Origin: an uncultured bacterium
GTDB taxonomy: Bacteria; Desulfobacterota_D; UBA1144; Nemesobacterales; UBA2774
Direction: 5' to 3'
Assembly: GCA_963825135.1 (NCBI GenBank)
Contig: CAWGRW010000009.1
Location: forward strand, 2,656,001 to 2,720,000
Length of the DNA: 64,000 bases
In this document: positions 29,159-40,124 of the stretch, one piece after another
How the letters are laid out: the number at the start of each line of letters is the position of its first letter
Position numbering within the stretch: position 1 is the first letter of the stretch
Translations under genes and position numbers: made by a program
The notes under the pieces: generated by a model
Database searches by the model: none
Told to the model about the DNA's origin: nothing
The model's input: the letters and a program-made list of their open reading frames with translations, nothing else

Positions 29159-29890
29159 TCAATGACCCTCCACCCGGGACAGGTATATCTCCCTGAATTC
29201 GCTTTTTTGAACCCCTTCCCTCCTGCTTTCGTACACTATCCGGCCCCCGGCGAGGATGCCCACGCGGTCGCTCCGGTCAAGCCCCTCCTCGATATTGTGG
29301 GTGGTCATGAGTATGGTCCTGCTGCCGGTCTTGAGCATGGAGAGCATCTCCCCGAACACCCCGGCCCCGTGCTGGTCGAGCCCCGTATATGGCTCGTCGA
29401 GGAGGAGTATCGCGGGGTCGTGGACTATGGCCCTCGCCACGGCGAGCCTCTGCTTCATGCCCCGGCTGAAGTTCCTCACGAGGTCGTGCGCGCGCCTCCC
29501 GAGGCCGACCCGGTCTATCAGCTCCCGGGCCCTATCGTCCGTCCCTGAGACGCCGTAGAGAGCGCCGAAGAACCTGATATTCTCGAAGGCGCTCAGGTTC
29601 TCGTATAGAAAGGGGTCGTGCGAGATTACGCCTATCACCGCCCTCGCCTTCTCGGGGGATTTCACCGCGTCGTGCCCGTTTATAGTCAGCTTCCCCGACG
29701 CGGGCTTCGCCAGCGTGGAAAGTATTTTTATGAACGTCGTCTTCCCCGCGCCGTTCGGGCCGAAGAGGGTATAGAACTCGCCCTTTTTTATTTCGAGGTC
29801 CACCCCCCGGAGCGCTTCGAGCGGACCGAACGATTTGGTGAGACCCTCTGCTTTGATATCCGTTACTATTTGAGCGAATGTTTCCTGCAT
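29159..29890 (-). CDS. ccmA: Heme ABC exporter ATPase
   Basis: GPNGAGKT, FSRGMKQR and LLDEPYTGLD; upstream of ccmB. Confidence 0.92.
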   Translation of the reverse strand: MQETFAQIVTDIKAEGLTKSFGPLEALRGVDLEIKKGEFYTLFGPNGAGKTTFIKILSTLAKPASGKLTINGHDAVKSPEKARAVIGVISHDPFLYENLSAFENIRFFGALYGVSGTDDRARELIDRVGLGRRAHDLVRNFSRGMKQRLAVARAIVHDPAILLLDEPYTGLDQHGAGVFGEMLSMLKTGSRTILMTTHNIEEGLDRSDRVGILAGGRIVYESRREGVQKSEFREIYLSRVEGH

Positions 29891-29958
29891 GGCGGGACGT
29901 GAAGAAAACTACATTAAAAGGGTGGTTCTTTCAATCGGGGTACGGCACACCCGGGGCG

Positions 29959-30987
29959 TCATTTCAAAAGCGCTTCGGTCCCGCCCAAGAGCTTGACCCA
30001 GTCGGCCATCTCCCTCATACCCTTGTCCATGTCGACAGACGGCTCGTAACCGAGCTCGCGCCTGGCCTTTGCGATCGAATAGCTCCTGCTCCCGGCGAGC
30101 GCGGCCACCGCGAACCTCGTGAGCACGGGGGGCTTCTTCGACTTCCTCGCCCTGTAGACGAGCTCCATGAGCGCTGCCGCGGCGTAGGCGAGCTTATACG
30201 GCACCGAGAAGCCGGGGGTCCAGTCTATGCCCGCCGACTTTAGCTGCCTCTTCAGAAAATCCATGTAGCCTATTTTTATACCGTCGTTGATGAAATAGAT
30301 ATTGCCCGGCGCGCTCGCGCTCCCGGCCGCCAGGACCAGCGCGCGGGCGAGGTTCGAGACGTGACAAGGGGTGACGGTCCTGTCGCCCCGTCCCATCGGG
30401 TGGAGTATCCCCTTCCGGGCGGCTACCGCGACGCGGGGGAGTATCACCAGGTCCCCGGCGCCCCAGACGTTCGAAGGCCTTATGACCGTGGTCTCGAGGC
30501 CTCTATCCTTATAAAAACTCAGGACGAGCCTCTCGGCGTCGGCCTTGGACTCGTTGTAATAGTCGTTGTATTTCTCCCTGTAGGGGTAGGTCTCGTCTAT
30601 GTCGACGAGGTTATGGACACTCAGGAAGTCGGACTTCCAAACGACGGTCGAAGAGCTCATGTGAACGAACCTCTTCACGCCCGCCTTGAGAGAGGCTTCG
30701 AGGAGGGTCCGGGTCGCTTCCACATTATATCTGCGAAACTCATCCCTCTCCCCCCAGTCCGAAACGAGGGCCGCCAGGTGGAACACTACGTCCCCCCCTT
30801 CAGGCAGCCTCTTCAGGCTCCCGGGGTCGCCGAGGTCGCCGTGACAGAGCTCCGCTCCGAGCTCTTTTAACATCTTCACGTCGCTCGTATCCCTCACGAG
30901 GCACTTCACCCCGTACCCCTTCCCCGCGAGCTCCTCGACGAGCCTCCCGCCGATGAACCCCGTACCGCCCGTGACGACGGCTTTCAT
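29959..30987 (-). CDS. NAD-dependent epimerase/dehydratase (3-beta-HSD-like extended SDR)
   Basis: TGGTGFIG, VFHLAA, YNESK (YxxxK) and RPSNVWG. Confidence 0.88.
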   Translation of the reverse strand: MKAVVTGGTGFIGGRLVEELAGKGYGVKCLVRDTSDVKMLKELGAELCHGDLGDPGSLKRLPEGGDVVFHLAALVSDWGERDEFRRYNVEATRTLLEASLKAGVKRFVHMSSSTVVWKSDFLSVHNLVDIDETYPYREKYNDYYNESKADAERLVLSFYKDRGLETTVIRPSNVWGAGDLVILPRVAVAARKGILHPMGRGDRTVTPCHVSNLARALVLAAGSASAPGNIYFINDGIKIGYMDFLKRQLKSAGIDWTPGFSVPYKLAYAAAALMELVYRARKSKKPPVLTRFAVAALAGSRSYSIAKARRELGYEPSVDMDKGMREMADWVKLLGGTEALLK

Positions 30988-31133
30988 TGTCGCGCGTCCC
31001 CCTTTTCGGATACCTGCATCATGGCCTCAGCGACTAATATACTTCCAAACGCCGCATACAGTCAAAAGCAGCCGGTCGATGAGGGTTCCGGGGAACCGTA
31101 CACTTGTAATTTTCGGTATCGGTTCAGGGCGAT

Positions 31134-31181
31134 AAAGAAAAAGCCGCATGAACGCATTCGAATCGATGCGTCAATGCGGCT
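31134..31181 (-). terminator. Intrinsic terminator of the 72-aa gene
   Basis: AGCCGCAT...ATGCGGCT extended hairpin followed on the minus strand by TTTTCTTT. Confidence 0.75.
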
Positions 31182-31208
31182 GATATTTCATGTCTGAATT
31201 TATTTTCG

Positions 31209-31427
31209 TTATTGAGGGCTTGCCAGCCAGTTCTCCATCCATTCCTTCGTCTTCTCGGCAAGCTCCCTGGAGGAAGTCGAAGAAACCCTGCTCTCGTTTA
31301 AAAAGACCCCCCAGTAAGTAATTGGCGCGTGAGCTTTCGTGATATGAAAGTTTCTGTCATAACCGACGGCTTCCGGCGGACAATCGCAAGACGGCTCGAA
31401 CGTGTAAGGAACAATCTTTATATCCAT
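31209..31427 (-). CDS. Small hypothetical protein (72 aa, CxC motif)
   Basis: AGGAGGT RBS; has its own promoter and terminator. Confidence 0.75.
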   Translation of the reverse strand: MDIKIVPYTFEPSCDCPPEAVGYDRNFHITKAHAPITYWGVFLNESRVSSTSSRELAEKTKEWMENWLASPQ

Positions 31428-31494
31428 TAACCATTACCTCCTGTTGAATTTTTTACCACGCAACGCAATCACTGTACCATATAACCAAACTGTA

Positions 31495-31510
31495 TGCAAT
31501 TAGCGTGCCA
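31495..31510 (-). promoter_or_regulatory. Sigma54 (-24/-12) promoter
   Basis: Minus strand reads TGGCACG-CTAA-TTGCA, an exact match to TGGCACGnnnnTTGCw, 67 nt upstream of the ATG. Confidence 0.85.
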
Positions 31511-31734
31511 ATATTTATATTAAGCATCACTCTCATGTTTTCAAGGGGTTAGAATCGGTGAGACGCCGGATGCCGGCGATTGAGCTCAAAATATGGTCAC
31601 AAATGCCGTCAATCCGCACGCGGACTTGAACAATGACGCAGAGCATCCCCGAATCATTAGCTAAATGTTAAGATGTTTGACAAGTACCGACTTATAGTAG
31701 AAAATTCAGCTTTTATTTCGAGGAGGTTAGAAAA

Positions 31735-32289
31735 TTGCTTCTACCAAAAAGGGCATTCATCACGAAAGGCGTAGGAAAACACAAGGAGAAGCTTACGAGC
31801 TTCGAAATGGCTCTCAGGGACGCGGGTATCGCCCAGTTCAACCTGGTGAAGGTATCGAGCATATTCCCTCCTAACTGCAAGCTTATATCGCGTACGAACG
31901 GACTAAAGTACCTGAGCCCGGGTCAGATAGTGCACGTCGTCATGAGCGAGAACGCCACTAACGAACCCAACAGGCTCGTGGCCGCGACTACCGGAATTGC
32001 GATACCGAAAGACCCGGACCACCACGGATACATATCGGAGCACCACAGCTACGGTCAGAACGACACGATAGCGGGGGAATACGCGGAGGACCTCGCGGCG
32101 TACATGCTCGCGACCACCCTCGGAGCGCCGTTTGACCCGGACAAGAGTTACGACGAGCAAAAGGACATCTGGAAGATAAGCGGCCACACCGTAAAGACCA
32201 TGAACAACACCCAGACCTCCGTAGGGGATAAGAGCGGGCTCTGGACGACGGTGATCGCGGCCGTGGTATTCGCCGCCTACCAGCAATAG
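31735..32289 (+). CDS. pdaD: Pyruvoyl-dependent arginine decarboxylase
   Basis: 'SFEMALRDAGIAQFNLVKVSSIFP' (SS self-cleavage site), GYISEHH and WTTVIAAVVF. Confidence 0.93.
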   Translation: MLLPKRAFITKGVGKHKEKLTSFEMALRDAGIAQFNLVKVSSIFPPNCKLISRTNGLKYLSPGQIVHVVMSENATNEPNRLVAATTGIAIPKDPDHHGYISEHHSYGQNDTIAGEYAEDLAAYMLATTLGAPFDPDKSYDEQKDIWKISGHTVKTMNNTQTSVGDKSGLWTTVIAAVVFAAYQQ

Positions 32290-32371
32290 CCCCTCGCCGG
32301 ACCGTGTCGCGCGCCTGAACCCTGCCCGCGTACTAACCGCCTCGGGAACACTCAGTGAATCGACAATCGGC

Positions 32372-32938
32372 TTACGGCTGTCTGTAGACGGGGAGGCTGT
32401 CGAATTTTATCTCGTCGAGCCTGGGATGTTTCCTGTCCCCCTCGGACAGTATCGGGTCCCTGACCGGCCAGTCTATATCGATGCCGGGGTCTGACCACAA
32501 TATGCCGTAGTCCTCGTCAAGGGCGTAGAACTGCGTGCACTTATATATAACGTCGGCCGAATCGCTCAGTACGGCGAACCCGTGGGCGAACCCCTCGGGG
32601 ATGTAGAGCTGACGGTTGTTAAGCGGCGAGAGATAAACGCCCGTCCACCTGCCGAACCCGGGCGACCCCACCCTTATATCTACCGCGACGTCGAAGATCT
32701 CCCCGGTAACGGCCATGACCAGTTTTCCCTGGGGATCCTTCAGCTGGTAGTAAAGCCCGCGCAGTACGTTCTTCACGGAATGGGAGTGTATGTCCTGGAC
32801 GAACGTCATTCCGAGACCCGAGGACAGGTATTCGTCGAGGCTGTATATGTCTTTATAGAAACCCCGCGAATCCGAGCGCACCTCGGATTCTATGATCAAT
32901 ACTCCGGGCAGGTCTGTCTCTTTAACTGTGAGGGGCAT
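32372..32938 (-). CDS. rfbC: dTDP-4-dehydrorhamnose 3,5-epimerase
   Basis: DSRGF, QGKLV, DVAVDIR.GSP and PEGFAHGF. RGLY replaces the usual RGLH. Confidence 0.92.
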   Translation of the reverse strand: MPLTVKETDLPGVLIIESEVRSDSRGFYKDIYSLDEYLSSGLGMTFVQDIHSHSVKNVLRGLYYQLKDPQGKLVMAVTGEIFDVAVDIRVGSPGFGRWTGVYLSPLNNRQLYIPEGFAHGFAVLSDSADVIYKCTQFYALDEDYGILWSDPGIDIDWPVRDPILSEGDRKHPRLDEIKFDSLPVYRQP

Positions 32939-32997
32939 TATCGTTCAAACGCGGCTCTGATATTCACACTAGGGCGGCACGAGAGCGCGCGAAGTTT

Positions 32998-34653
32998 TTA
33001 ACCGCCGAGCATCTCCTTCGCGGCGTCTATAGTTTTTTCCGTAATATTTATTCCGCCTATCATCCGGGCGAGCTCGCTCACCCTCTCGTCCCGCCCCAGG
33101 CTCTTTATCCTCACCTGCGTCTTCTTATCCTCGAGCGTCTTCGTAACGAGCAGGTGCGTATCGGCGAACTTCGCCACCTGCGGGAGGTGCGTGATGCATA
33201 TCAACTGACACGAGCGGGAGAGGTTCTTTATTTTTTTCCCCACCGTCTCGGCCACGGCCCCCCCTATGCCCGAATCCGCCTCGTCGAATATTATCACCGA
33301 GCCCCCGTCCGACTTCGAGATGAGCTCCTTTATCACGAGCATTATACGCGAGAGCTCTCCTCCCGAAGCGACCCGCGCGAGGGGCCTGGGCTCCTCGTCG
33401 GGGTTAGCCGAGAAGAGGAACGAGACGTCGTCCTTCCCGTCGGCTGAAATGTCCTTCTCCGAAATTTCCGCGCGGAACCTGGCGCCCTTTATACCGACCT
33501 CTTTCAACTCCCGCTCGAGCGAGCTTCCGAGCTTAAGCGCGGTTTCTTTTCTAAGCTTCGAAAGTTGTTCCGCCTTTGACAGAAGCTCGGCGGAGATTTT
33601 ATGCGACTCCTCCCGGAGCCTCTCGAGCTCGCCCTCGCACCCAGCGATGCCCCTGAGCTCCCTCCCTATCTCCTCCCTCTTCAAGAGGATGTCCGCGATA
33701 GTGTCGCCGTATTTCCTCTTGAGGTCCCTTATCCCCTGGAGCCTGTCCTCCACCGCTTCGAGCCTGCCGCTCTCCGTGCCGAGGCCCGACGCGTAGTCTC
33801 TCAGCGTGAACGCGGCGTCCTTTAACTGGAGCACGGCGTTCTCCATCGAGCCCGCCGTCTCCTGGAGGGAAGCGTCTATCCTGCCCGCGTCCTCGATCTC
33901 CGAGAAGAGTCTTTGCAGGGAACCGAGGAGGGAGGGCTCGTTCTCGTAAAGGGCCTCGTACGCCCCGCGGGCCGCTGAGAGGAGTCTCTCGCCGTTGAGG
34001 AGCCTCTTCTTCTCGTCCTCGAGCTCGGTGTCCTCCCCTTCCCTGAGGAGGGCGTCGTCTATCTCGGCGCACTGAAATTTTAGGAAGTCTTCTTTCTGAA
34101 AAAGGTTCTTCTGGCTCTCGGCGAGCCTTTCTATCTCTCTGTTGGTATCCCTGTAGCGGGTGTAAATCTCTTTTAACCCGGAAACGAGGGCCCCGAGTCC
34201 CCCGAACTCGTCGAGCACCCTGACATGGTTCTCGGGCCTGAGCAGGCTCTGGTGCTCGTGCTGGCTGAATATGTCTATGATTCCTTCCGAGGCGCGCTCC
34301 AATACAGGGAGCGTGGCAATGCCCCCGTTGATGAAGACCCTGCTCCTGCCCTTTCTGTAGATTACGCGCTTTATAAGGAGCTCTCCGCCCGATACGTCCA
34401 GGCCCAGGGAGTCGAGCCTGTCGCGGAGCGCCCGGTTTCCGGATATGTCGAAGAGGGCTTCCAGGTGGGCCTCTTCCCTGCCCGTCTTGATATATTCGGG
34501 CGAGACCCTGTCCCCCAGTATAACGTTCACGGCGTCGACTATGACGGATTTGCCCGCCCCGGTCTCCCCCGTGATTATATTGAGACCCGCACCGAAGGCG
34601 ACCGAGATTTCGTCAATGACGGTAAAATTCCTGAGACTTAGGCCGAGGAGCAT
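32998..34653 (-). CDS. recN: DNA repair protein RecN
   Basis: TGETGAGKS, ASGGELSR, FDEADSGIGG and ITHLPQVA. Confidence 0.97.
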   Translation of the reverse strand: MLLGLSLRNFTVIDEISVAFGAGLNIITGETGAGKSVIVDAVNVILGDRVSPEYIKTGREEAHLEALFDISGNRALRDRLDSLGLDVSGGELLIKRVIYRKGRSRVFINGGIATLPVLERASEGIIDIFSQHEHQSLLRPENHVRVLDEFGGLGALVSGLKEIYTRYRDTNREIERLAESQKNLFQKEDFLKFQCAEIDDALLREGEDTELEDEKKRLLNGERLLSAARGAYEALYENEPSLLGSLQRLFSEIEDAGRIDASLQETAGSMENAVLQLKDAAFTLRDYASGLGTESGRLEAVEDRLQGIRDLKRKYGDTIADILLKREEIGRELRGIAGCEGELERLREESHKISAELLSKAEQLSKLRKETALKLGSSLERELKEVGIKGARFRAEISEKDISADGKDDVSFLFSANPDEEPRPLARVASGGELSRIMLVIKELISKSDGGSVIIFDEADSGIGGAVAETVGKKIKNLSRSCQLICITHLPQVAKFADTHLLVTKTLEDKKTQVRIKSLGRDERVSELARMIGGINITEKTIDAAKEMLGG

Positions 34654-34658
34654 CGACT

Positions 34659-36008
34659 CTACTCGATGAAGCTTTTAAGTATCACTCCCACATCGGAGTC
34701 CTCGAGCTTTTCGAGGGCCCTTTTCTCTATCTGCCTTATGCGCTCCCTCGTAAGCCTGAAGTGCTTTCCTATCTCGTCCAGAGTGAAGGTAGTCTCGAAC
34801 CCTATCCCGAACCTCATTTTAAGTATCTGCTCCTCGCGCGGCGTGAGCGTGGAAAGCGCGTCCTTTATCTTCGACGTGAGCGTGGCCTTCGCTACGGCGT
34901 AATCGGGGGAGCCCGACACGTCGTCCTGTATGAAATCGAGGAGCGTGGTTTTCTCGCCGTCCAGCACCGGGGAATCGAGCTGCACCACTTCCTTCGTGGC
35001 CTCGAGCACCCTCTTCACCCCTTCGACGGAGATACCGGTCTTCCTCGAAATCTCTTCCGGCAGCGGCTTTCTTCCCATCTCCCTGTTCATGGCCGAGCTT
35101 ATCCTGTGGACCTTCGTCGCCTGCTCGAGCACGTAAACGGGCACCCTTATCGTCCTCGTCTGGTCCAGCAGCGAGCGTGAGATCGCCTGGTGTATCCACC
35201 ACGACGCGTATGTGGAGAACTTGTAGCCCTTGGTGTGGTCGAACCTCTCGACCGCCCTCATGAGCCCCACGTTCCCCTCCTGAATGAGGTCGGGGAGAGG
35301 GAGGCCCCTGCTCATGTATCTCTTCGCTATGCTCACCACGAGCCGGAGGTTCGCTTTTATGAACCTTTCTTTAAAACGCCTGGCCCTCATCAGATAGACC
35401 TTCGAGAGGAGCGTCGATCTCCTGATGCTCTTCTTGGCGGCCTCTCCGTCGAGCTTCCTGAGAGCCGATTTAAGCTTCTTGGCCTTGGCGCTTTTCAGGC
35501 GCCTCGCGACGCCGCCGCGGTTTAGGCCCTCGACCTCCGATATGGTGCCCTCGAGGGCTTTCCCGAGACGTTTCTGAAATACTCCTTCGAGCATCGTCCT
35601 CATCTCGGCGGCCCTGGCCTCGCACCTCTTTATCTTGGCCGATACCTCTATCTCCTCTTTCGGCGTAAGGAGAGGCTCCATGCCCATTTCCTTGAAATAC
35701 ACCTGCAGGAGCCTGAATTCCTCGTCAGGGGCGAACTGCTTTCCGCTTTCCTCCGCCGGCTCGTCCTCGGGATTCTCTTCCTTCAAGTCGATTTCGGCTT
35801 CGGAGAGCTCGACCAGGACCTTCTCGTCGATTTCGATCAGGAACTCCTCCTCCTGCGTAACGCTCTCGACTTCGTCCCGGAAATTATCGTATTCCTGGCT
35901 CGTAAAATTCTCTTTTTTCTTTTCCTTCTTCTTGGATATCGGTCCGCTTCTCGACGCCTTTCGGCCGGATGCAGGAAGTGCTTTACTTTTCAGCCTGGGT
36001 TTTCTCAC
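34659..36008 (-). CDS. RpoD/RpoS-type sigma70 factor (group 1/2-like, no recognisable region 1.1)
   Basis: ANLRLVVSIAKRY, DLIQEGNVGL, FSTYASWWI and TRERIRQIE. Confidence 0.93.
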   Translation of the reverse strand: MRKPRLKSKALPASGRKASRSGPISKKKEKKKENFTSQEYDNFRDEVESVTQEEEFLIEIDEKVLVELSEAEIDLKEENPEDEPAEESGKQFAPDEEFRLLQVYFKEMGMEPLLTPKEEIEVSAKIKRCEARAAEMRTMLEGVFQKRLGKALEGTISEVEGLNRGGVARRLKSAKAKKLKSALRKLDGEAAKKSIRRSTLLSKVYLMRARRFKERFIKANLRLVVSIAKRYMSRGLPLPDLIQEGNVGLMRAVERFDHTKGYKFSTYASWWIHQAISRSLLDQTRTIRVPVYVLEQATKVHRISSAMNREMGRKPLPEEISRKTGISVEGVKRVLEATKEVVQLDSPVLDGEKTTLLDFIQDDVSGSPDYAVAKATLTSKIKDALSTLTPREEQILKMRFGIGFETTFTLDEIGKHFRLTRERIRQIEKRALEKLEDSDVGVILKSFIE

Positions 36009-36036
36009 TTTCCATCCTCCTCTAATTTAGATGGCA

Positions 36037-37329
36037 CTACTCTCTAATCTGCCCTTCACCGAAAACGACGAACTTCGTCGTCGTAAGCTCGAGCGCGCCC
36101 ATGGGGCCGAAAGCATGGAGCTTGGAGGTGCTTATGCCTATCTCCGCACCGAGCCCAAGCTCGTAGCCGTCGTTAAACCGCGTGGACGCGTTGACCATGA
36201 CGGCCGATGAATTTACGCCGCTTATAAACTTTTGCGCATTCGTGTAGTTCTCCGTGATTATCGACTCCGTATGCAGGGAGCCGTATTTCTCTATATGGCT
36301 TATCGCCTCGTCTATGTCCTTCACCACCCTTACGCTCAATATGAGGTCGAGATATTCCTCGTACCAGTCCGCTTCCTCCGCTTTCTTGACGCCGGGGAGT
36401 ATTTCCCTGGTCCGCTTGCAGCCTCTGAGCTCGACCCCCTCTTCCTCGAACCTCTTCCCCATCCCGGGCAGAAATTTCCCCGCTATCTTTTCATGGACCA
36501 GCATGGTCTCCATCGCATTGCACACGCCCGGACGCTCTACCTTGGCGTTGACGCACACCCTCTCGGCCATTCCCAAGTCGGCGCTCTCGTCGACGAAGAT
36601 GTGACACACGCCCTTATAGTGCTTGAGCACGGGTATCCTCGAGTTCTCGGAAACGAACCTGATTAGTCCCTCGCCTCCCCTCGGGATGATGAGGTCTATG
36701 TACTCCTCGAGCTTCAGCATCTCGAGGACGGCTTCCCTGTCCGTGACCGGTATAATCTGCACCGCGTCCTCGGGCAGGCCCGCTCTCTTCAAGGAATCCC
36801 TCAGCACTTCCCCTATCGCGAGGTTCGACCTCAACGTCTCCGATCCGCCCCGGAGGATTACGGCGTTTCCCGATTTAACGCAAAGCCCGGCGGCGTCAGC
36901 CGTCACGTTCGGTCTCGATTCGTAAATTATGCCTATCACGCCGAGCGGTATCCTCATCCTGCCTACCCGGAGGCCGTTCGGGCGCTTCCACATGCGCACT
37001 ATCTCTCCGACAGGGTCTTCAAGGGCCGCCACCTGCCTCAACCCGTCCGATATCCCGGACAGGCGGTCCCGGGTCAGCGTCAGCCTGTCTATCATGGCCG
37101 GCGACAGCCCTTTGGAGCGGGCGTCGTCCGCGTCCTTTTTGTTCTCTCCGATTATATACTCGGCCCTGTCGATAATCCCGTCGGACATTCCGAGAAGGGC
37201 ATCGTTTTTCGGAGCCGCGTCGGCCCTGGCCAGTTCATGCGAAGCTTTACGGGCCCGCTCCGCGATATCCGCCAGGAGCTTCGATAGTCGGGTATTCTTC
37301 AGTTTATTTTTCGCTTTAATATCAGACAT
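36037..37329 (-). CDS. proA: Gamma-glutamyl phosphate reductase
   Basis: [28 protein letters not shown] and [14 protein letters not shown]. Confidence 0.97.
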   Translation of the reverse strand: MSDIKAKNKLKNTRLSKLLADIAERARKASHELARADAAPKNDALLGMSDGIIDRAEYIIGENKKDADDARSKGLSPAMIDRLTLTRDRLSGISDGLRQVAALEDPVGEIVRMWKRPNGLRVGRMRIPLGVIGIIYESRPNVTADAAGLCVKSGNAVILRGGSETLRSNLAIGEVLRDSLKRAGLPEDAVQIIPVTDREAVLEMLKLEEYIDLIIPRGGEGLIRFVSENSRIPVLKHYKGVCHIFVDESADLGMAERVCVNAKVERPGVCNAMETMLVHEKIAGKFLPGMGKRFEEEGVELRGCKRTREILPGVKKAEEADWYEEYLDLILSVRVVKDIDEAISHIEKYGSLHTESIITENYTNAQKFISGVNSSAVMVNASTRFNDGYELGLGAEIGISTSKLHAFGPMGALELTTTKFVVFGEGQIRE

Positions 37330-37568
37330 TTAGACAGATCTATGGTCCTAGAGCTGGTAATTAAATCATAATACAACCGGCTGCAAAAAGTCAAGCCTAT
37401 TTTTGCCGTATGGCTGTGAAAGGTGTCAAACGGTGATCGGCGCACTCGAGACCCCGCATTAGTCGACGGCTCGACAAAGTTATATCCGTGCTCGGGCAGC
37501 GCCGTCCGGGGGAACCGTTCCCCGGGAGGCCGGAACCGAAATGCCGTTCGAATTCCCGCCGGCCGGAT

Positions 37569-38510
37569 TTAGAAATCGGCACGGCTCCTGAAATAATCGA
37601 GAGTCCTTATAAGCCCTGTTTCGATGTCTATAACGGGTTTCCAGCCGAGCATCTTCACCGCGAGCGATATGTCGGGCTTCCTCCTTCGCGGGTCGTCTTC
37701 GGGAAGGTCGCTGAAAATAATCCTCGAGCCCGAACCCGTTAACCTGATGATCGTTTGCGCGAGGTCCCGTATAGAGACTTCTTCCGGGTTCCCGGCGTTC
37801 ACCGGTCCTGTAAACCCGTCCGGGCTCCGCATCATCCGTATAATCGCCTCGACCGTATCGTCCACGTAGCAGAAAGACCTCGTGTGGGAGCCGTCTCCGT
37901 AAATCGTTATATCCTCTCCCCTCATGGCCTGCACCATGAAGTTGCTCACGACCCTGCCGTCGTCGGGGAGCATCCTCGGGCCGTACGTGTTGAATATCCT
38001 GAGCACCTTTATCTCTACGCCGTGCTGACGGTAGTAATCGAAGAAAAGCGTCTCCGCGCACCTCTTCCCCTCGTCGTAGCACGCCCGCGGGCCGATCGGA
38101 TTTACGTTGCCCCAGTAGGTTTCTTTCTGCGGATGCTCCGCGGGGTCTCCGTATACCTCGCTCGTGGACGCCTGGAATATCCTTATCCCGAGCCTCTTTG
38201 CGAGCCCGAGCATGTTGATGGACCCCGAGACGTTCACCTTCGTAGTCTGGACCGGGTCCGACTGGTAATGGACGGGGGACGCGGGGCACGCCAGGTTATA
38301 GATTTCGTCGACCTCGAGGTATAGCGGGAAGCAGATATCGTGCCTCAGCACCTCGAAATACGGGTTTCCGAGGAAGGGTTTGACGTTGTCCCTGGTCCCG
38401 GTGAAGAAGTTATCGACGCATATAACCTCGTTCCCTTCGGCCAGGAGCCTTTCAGAGAGGTGGGACCCGATGAACCCTGCCCCGCCCGTTATGAGGACCT
38501 TTTTCCTCAT
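37569..38510 (-). CDS. uxs: UDP-glucuronate decarboxylase (UDP-xylose synthase)
   Basis: [35 protein letters not shown] and [10 protein letters not shown]. Confidence 0.93.
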   Translation of the reverse strand: MRKKVLITGGAGFIGSHLSERLLAEGNEVICVDNFFTGTRDNVKPFLGNPYFEVLRHDICFPLYLEVDEIYNLACPASPVHYQSDPVQTTKVNVSGSINMLGLAKRLGIRIFQASTSEVYGDPAEHPQKETYWGNVNPIGPRACYDEGKRCAETLFFDYYRQHGVEIKVLRIFNTYGPRMLPDDGRVVSNFMVQAMRGEDITIYGDGSHTRSFCYVDDTVEAIIRMMRSPDGFTGPVNAGNPEEVSIRDLAQTIIRLTGSGSRIIFSDLPEDDPRRRKPDISLAVKMLGWKPVIDIETGLIRTLDYFRSRADF

Positions 38511-38555
38511 TCCATATATTCCTTTTCCGTTTTAGCAATTAAGACTATTTTATCG

Positions 38556-39158
38556 CTAGTCGGAATTCACAACGCCCTTGCTCCGGAGGTACCCGATTAT
38601 GAGGTCGGCTCCTTCGGACAGGGTCATCTTGTCCGTCTCTATCACGATCTCGGGCTTGAGCGGGGCCTCGTACGGGTCGTCTATCCCGGTGAACCCCTTT
38701 ATCACGCCCTCTCTCGCCTTCTTGTAAAGACCCTTGACGTCCCTCTTCTCGCAGACCTCGAGCGGCGCGCTAACGTGTATTTCCACGAACTCGCCCGACT
38801 CGACGAGCGCCCTGACCGCGTCCCTGTCCCTCCTGTAGGGACTCACGAAAGCGGACAGCACTATGCATCCCGCCTGTATGAAGAGCCTCGACACCTCCCC
38901 GATGCGCCTGATGTTCTCGGCCCTGTCCGCCTCGGAGAACCCCAGGTCCTTGCAAAGACCCATCCTTACGTTATCGCCGTCCAGGATATAGGTCCTGATG
39001 CCCGAGCTTATGAGCCGCTTTTCGACCTCGTTCGCGAGCGTGGATTTACCCGAGCTCGGGAGCCCGGTAAACCATAGTATAATCGAGCCGTGACCGTTCA
39101 GTTTCCGCCTGTCCTCTTTGGTTATCTCGTGGTTATGAGGGATAACAAATCTCTGCAT
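38556..39158 (-). CDS. cysC: Adenylyl-sulfate kinase
   Basis: WFTGLPSSGKST, LDGDNVR, RDVKGLY and FTGIDDPYE. Confidence 0.96.
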   Translation of the reverse strand: MQRFVIPHNHEITKEDRRKLNGHGSIILWFTGLPSSGKSTLANEVEKRLISSGIRTYILDGDNVRMGLCKDLGFSEADRAENIRRIGEVSRLFIQAGCIVLSAFVSPYRRDRDAVRALVESGEFVEIHVSAPLEVCEKRDVKGLYKKAREGVIKGFTGIDDPYEAPLKPEIVIETDKMTLSEGADLIIGYLRSKGVVNSD

Positions 39159-39360
39159 TAAAACCTCCTGTCTACCTGTCGGTAAGAATTATCGGTAAAA
39201 TGATTTTTGGGACAAGAGTTTAAGGGAAAATACGGAAAGGTCAAAATTTATTTCCGGCAGCGCCCGGTCGGGTCCCTGTACCGCTCCCGTTTTATCCGGA
39301 CAGATTCAAGCCGGGATCATGAATAGCTCAAAATCCCTGACTCCCTTACGCCGGATAGAC

Positions 39361-39385
39361 AAAAAAGGGTGACCGCAGTCACCCC
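39361..39385 (-). terminator. Intrinsic terminator
   Basis: GGGTGAC-TGCG-GTCACCC followed by T6 on the minus strand, downstream of the IPTL-CTERM gene. Confidence 0.75.
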
Positions 39386-39414
39386 TGGTTTGTATCCATT
39401 TTATTCAGATTATG

Positions 39415-40096
39415 TTAAGCGGCTGCTTTCCTTCTTCGAATAACCATAATAAATCCAATTATTCCTAAAATACCCGCCGTAGCTATCAGGCCCCATTCGG
39501 AAAGGGTGGGTATGGGCGACGACATCGACCCCGACCCGGCCGTGTAGACGATGCGCTCAAAGGAATCCGAACTATTCAGGTCTTCTGTAGCTCCGCATCG
39601 ATACCCCCCTACGCCCTCATTGCACGTGCCAACACAGCCTTTCATCGTTTGCACCGCTGTCATCCTCATCGCAATTGAATTTTTCTACGCTATCGCCTGC
39701 TCTGACAAATCCCCACGAGTCTTTGCCGGGGGTGTTAAAATACCATCCGACGCCGTTGGCTACGTGTAGAACGTCAGAATTATCGCCCGTATCGAAAGTG
39801 ACGTCGCTCCTGTCGCCCTGGGCAAGCAGGGTCAGTGTAGTGCTTCCGGTCGACCGGCAAGACAGCAACAACCGGCTCCCATGACAGACCCTTAAGACGT
39901 TTTCGGCGTCCAGATTGTTACTATAGGTATCCCGGTAACACTCGGTCCATCCGCCCCCGGTTACAGTGTTTACAGGCACATCTGTTTGCGGTCCGACGGG
40001 CAGGTAGGTTTGAGCGTTTGCTTCAAGGTTATAGAAGGCAAGTGCCGTCAATAGAAAAACCGCTAGTGGTAAATATTTGATTCCATTTTTCATCAT
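39415..40096 (-). CDS. Secreted Cys/Trp-rich protein with IPTL-CTERM sorting signal (frameshift near 39620)
   Basis: Signal peptide and domain '...RLCWH' continue in another frame as 'GGYRCG...IPTLSEWGLI-TM-RRRK'. Confidence 0.8.
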
Positions 40097-40124
40097 CCGT
40101 CTCCTGGAATACAACGCTGCAGAG

